Shown here: positions 45,369 through 46,505 of the stretch, in pieces
How the letters are laid out: the number at the start of each line of letters is the position of its first letter
Numbering within the stretch: the first letter of the stretch is position 1
Origin: Minisyncoccota bacterium
Lineage (GTDB): Bacteria > Patescibacteriota > Minisyncoccia > Phycocordibacterales > UBA918
Direction: 5' to 3'
Assembly: GCA_021129515.1 (NCBI GenBank)
Contig: JAJOLD010000001.1
Location: forward strand, 1 to 46,505
Length of the DNA stretch: 46,505 bases
The notes under the pieces: generated by a model
What the model was told of the DNA's origin: nothing
Database searches by the model: none
What the model saw: the letters and a program-made list of their open reading frames with translations, nothing else
Made by a program: the position numbers and the translations under genes

Positions 45369-46490
45369 ATGCAGGCATATACACAGCATTATGTCGGCTA
45401 CCTTATGCTCGTATGCGCTTTCTTTGTTGGTGCATATGAAGCGCATGCACAGGTGTCTATGGCGACCACAACACTGACTGTTAGTATTTGTGGTGACTTT
45501 ATTGTAAACGAAAATGAAGACTGTGATGTCGCTGACCCCTTAGACCAGTACAGTACAACGATTGCTGGACGCACCTGTACGGCTGCTTGTCAGTGGGCGC
45601 CGTATTGTGGTGACGCCATCCTACAAACTATTTATGGCGAGGAGTGTGATGATGGTAACAATATTGATGGTGATTTCTGTGCTGCTGATTGTACTGAGGA
45701 GGATGTTGATTCTGGTGGTGGGTCATCTGGGGGCGGTGGAAGTTCTTCGTCTGGTGGGTCAAACACGGAGCTTGGTGATACGGAAGTGGTAGTTGAAGGA
45801 AAGGCATACCCACAGAGTACCGTGCGTGTCCTTATCGATGGTGTGCAAGATGGTACGGTACGTGCAAATTCACAAGGAGAGTTTTTGTACACCACCGATA
45901 CTGAGCCAGGTACTACTTCGTTTAGCTTTTGGGCAAACGATAGCGAAGGTACTCGGTCGTCAACATTCAATACCACCTTTGATGTGACGCAAGGTGCGGT
46001 GACGAATGTAAATGGTATTTTGATTCCACCAACCCTGCGGGTGAGTGAAACAGAAATTGACCCCGGTGATCAGGTGACCTTGTCGGGACAATCAATCCCT
46101 AATGCAACTATTGAGATATCTATTGATGATGATGCTGATGTGTTTTCCGTCACCACTGATAGTTCGGGTAATTGGTCCTTTGGTTTAAATACCGCGCAAC
46201 TATCCATTGGCACGCACACAATAAAAGTGCGGTTTGTAGAGGGATCAAGTACATTAAAAACAGAAAGTAGTTATGGAACCACCGTGTCATTGTTCGTGGG
46301 GGTAGAAGGACAACCTGCTAATAATTCAGACCTTAACCGAGATGGTTCGGTGAATCTTGTGGACTTTTCTATTTTGGTATTTTGGTGGGGAACAAATGGA
46401 GGAAATTCAAATCCACCTGCTGATATTAATCAAAACGGCAATGTAGGACTCGAAGATTTTTCTATTTTGCTGTTTAATTGGACGGGCTAG
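45369..46490 (+). CDS. secreted adaptor: Cys-rich repeats (CGD..EECDDGN type), Gly/Ser linker, two Ig-like domains and a dockerin-like domain
   Basis: CGDAILQTIYGEECDDGNNIDGDFCAADC and DLNRDGSVNLVDFSILVFWWG...DINQNGNVGLEDFSILLFNWTG; the C-terminal half parallels the 18318 protein. Confidence 0.82.
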   Translation: MQAYTQHYVGYLMLVCAFFVGAYEAHAQVSMATTTLTVSICGDFIVNENEDCDVADPLDQYSTTIAGRTCTAACQWAPYCGDAILQTIYGEECDDGNNIDGDFCAADCTEEDVDSGGGSSGGGGSSSSGGSNTELGDTEVVVEGKAYPQSTVRVLIDGVQDGTVRANSQGEFLYTTDTEPGTTSFSFWANDSEGTRSSTFNTTFDVTQGAVTNVNGILIPPTLRVSETEIDPGDQVTLSGQSIPNATIEISIDDDADVFSVTTDSSGNWSFGLNTAQLSIGTHTIKVRFVEGSSTLKTESSYGTTVSLFVGVEGQPANNSDLNRDGSVNLVDFSILVFWWGTNGGNSNPPADINQNGNVGLEDFSILLFNWTG

Positions 46491-46505
46491 TAGAAAAAGT
46501 AAAAA

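Overview
Bacterial chromosomal window whose gene content suggests Patescibacteria/Parcubacteria (inferred, genetic code 11). The left part (1-11 kb) has an AT-rich REP-associated tyrosine transposase between two perfect palindromes, followed by housekeeping genes (recR, dnaB, cysS, corA, S41 protease, rplI, cyclophilin, rpmA, an Ada-type Zn-domain protein and a frameshifted UmuC-like polymerase). The right part (11-46.5 kb) is a ~35 kb all-plus-strand cell-surface cluster: two pilin/WxL-like subunits, two membrane-anchored DUF916/PapD-like Ig proteins, two dockerin-tailed adaptors, one membrane-anchored cohesin protein, two FGE/C-type-lectin-fold paralogs, a beta-helix protein, Hsp20 and a 6571-aa giant protein. 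The way these proteins share domains suggests an usher-less, donor-strand-type filament (giant tip, shaft, dockerin base, cohesin anchor). This is the best candidate for an undescribed system and is a hypothesis only. Other signals: a Cys-Cys leader peptide with alternative hairpins upstream of cysS, a 127-bp fold-back element, an ~80-bp tandem repeat with a covarying bulged hairpin, nested domain insertions in the giant protein, and seven reading-frame lesions clustered at 10.7-16.9 kb. All family assignments come from reading motifs by eye; no database searches were run.
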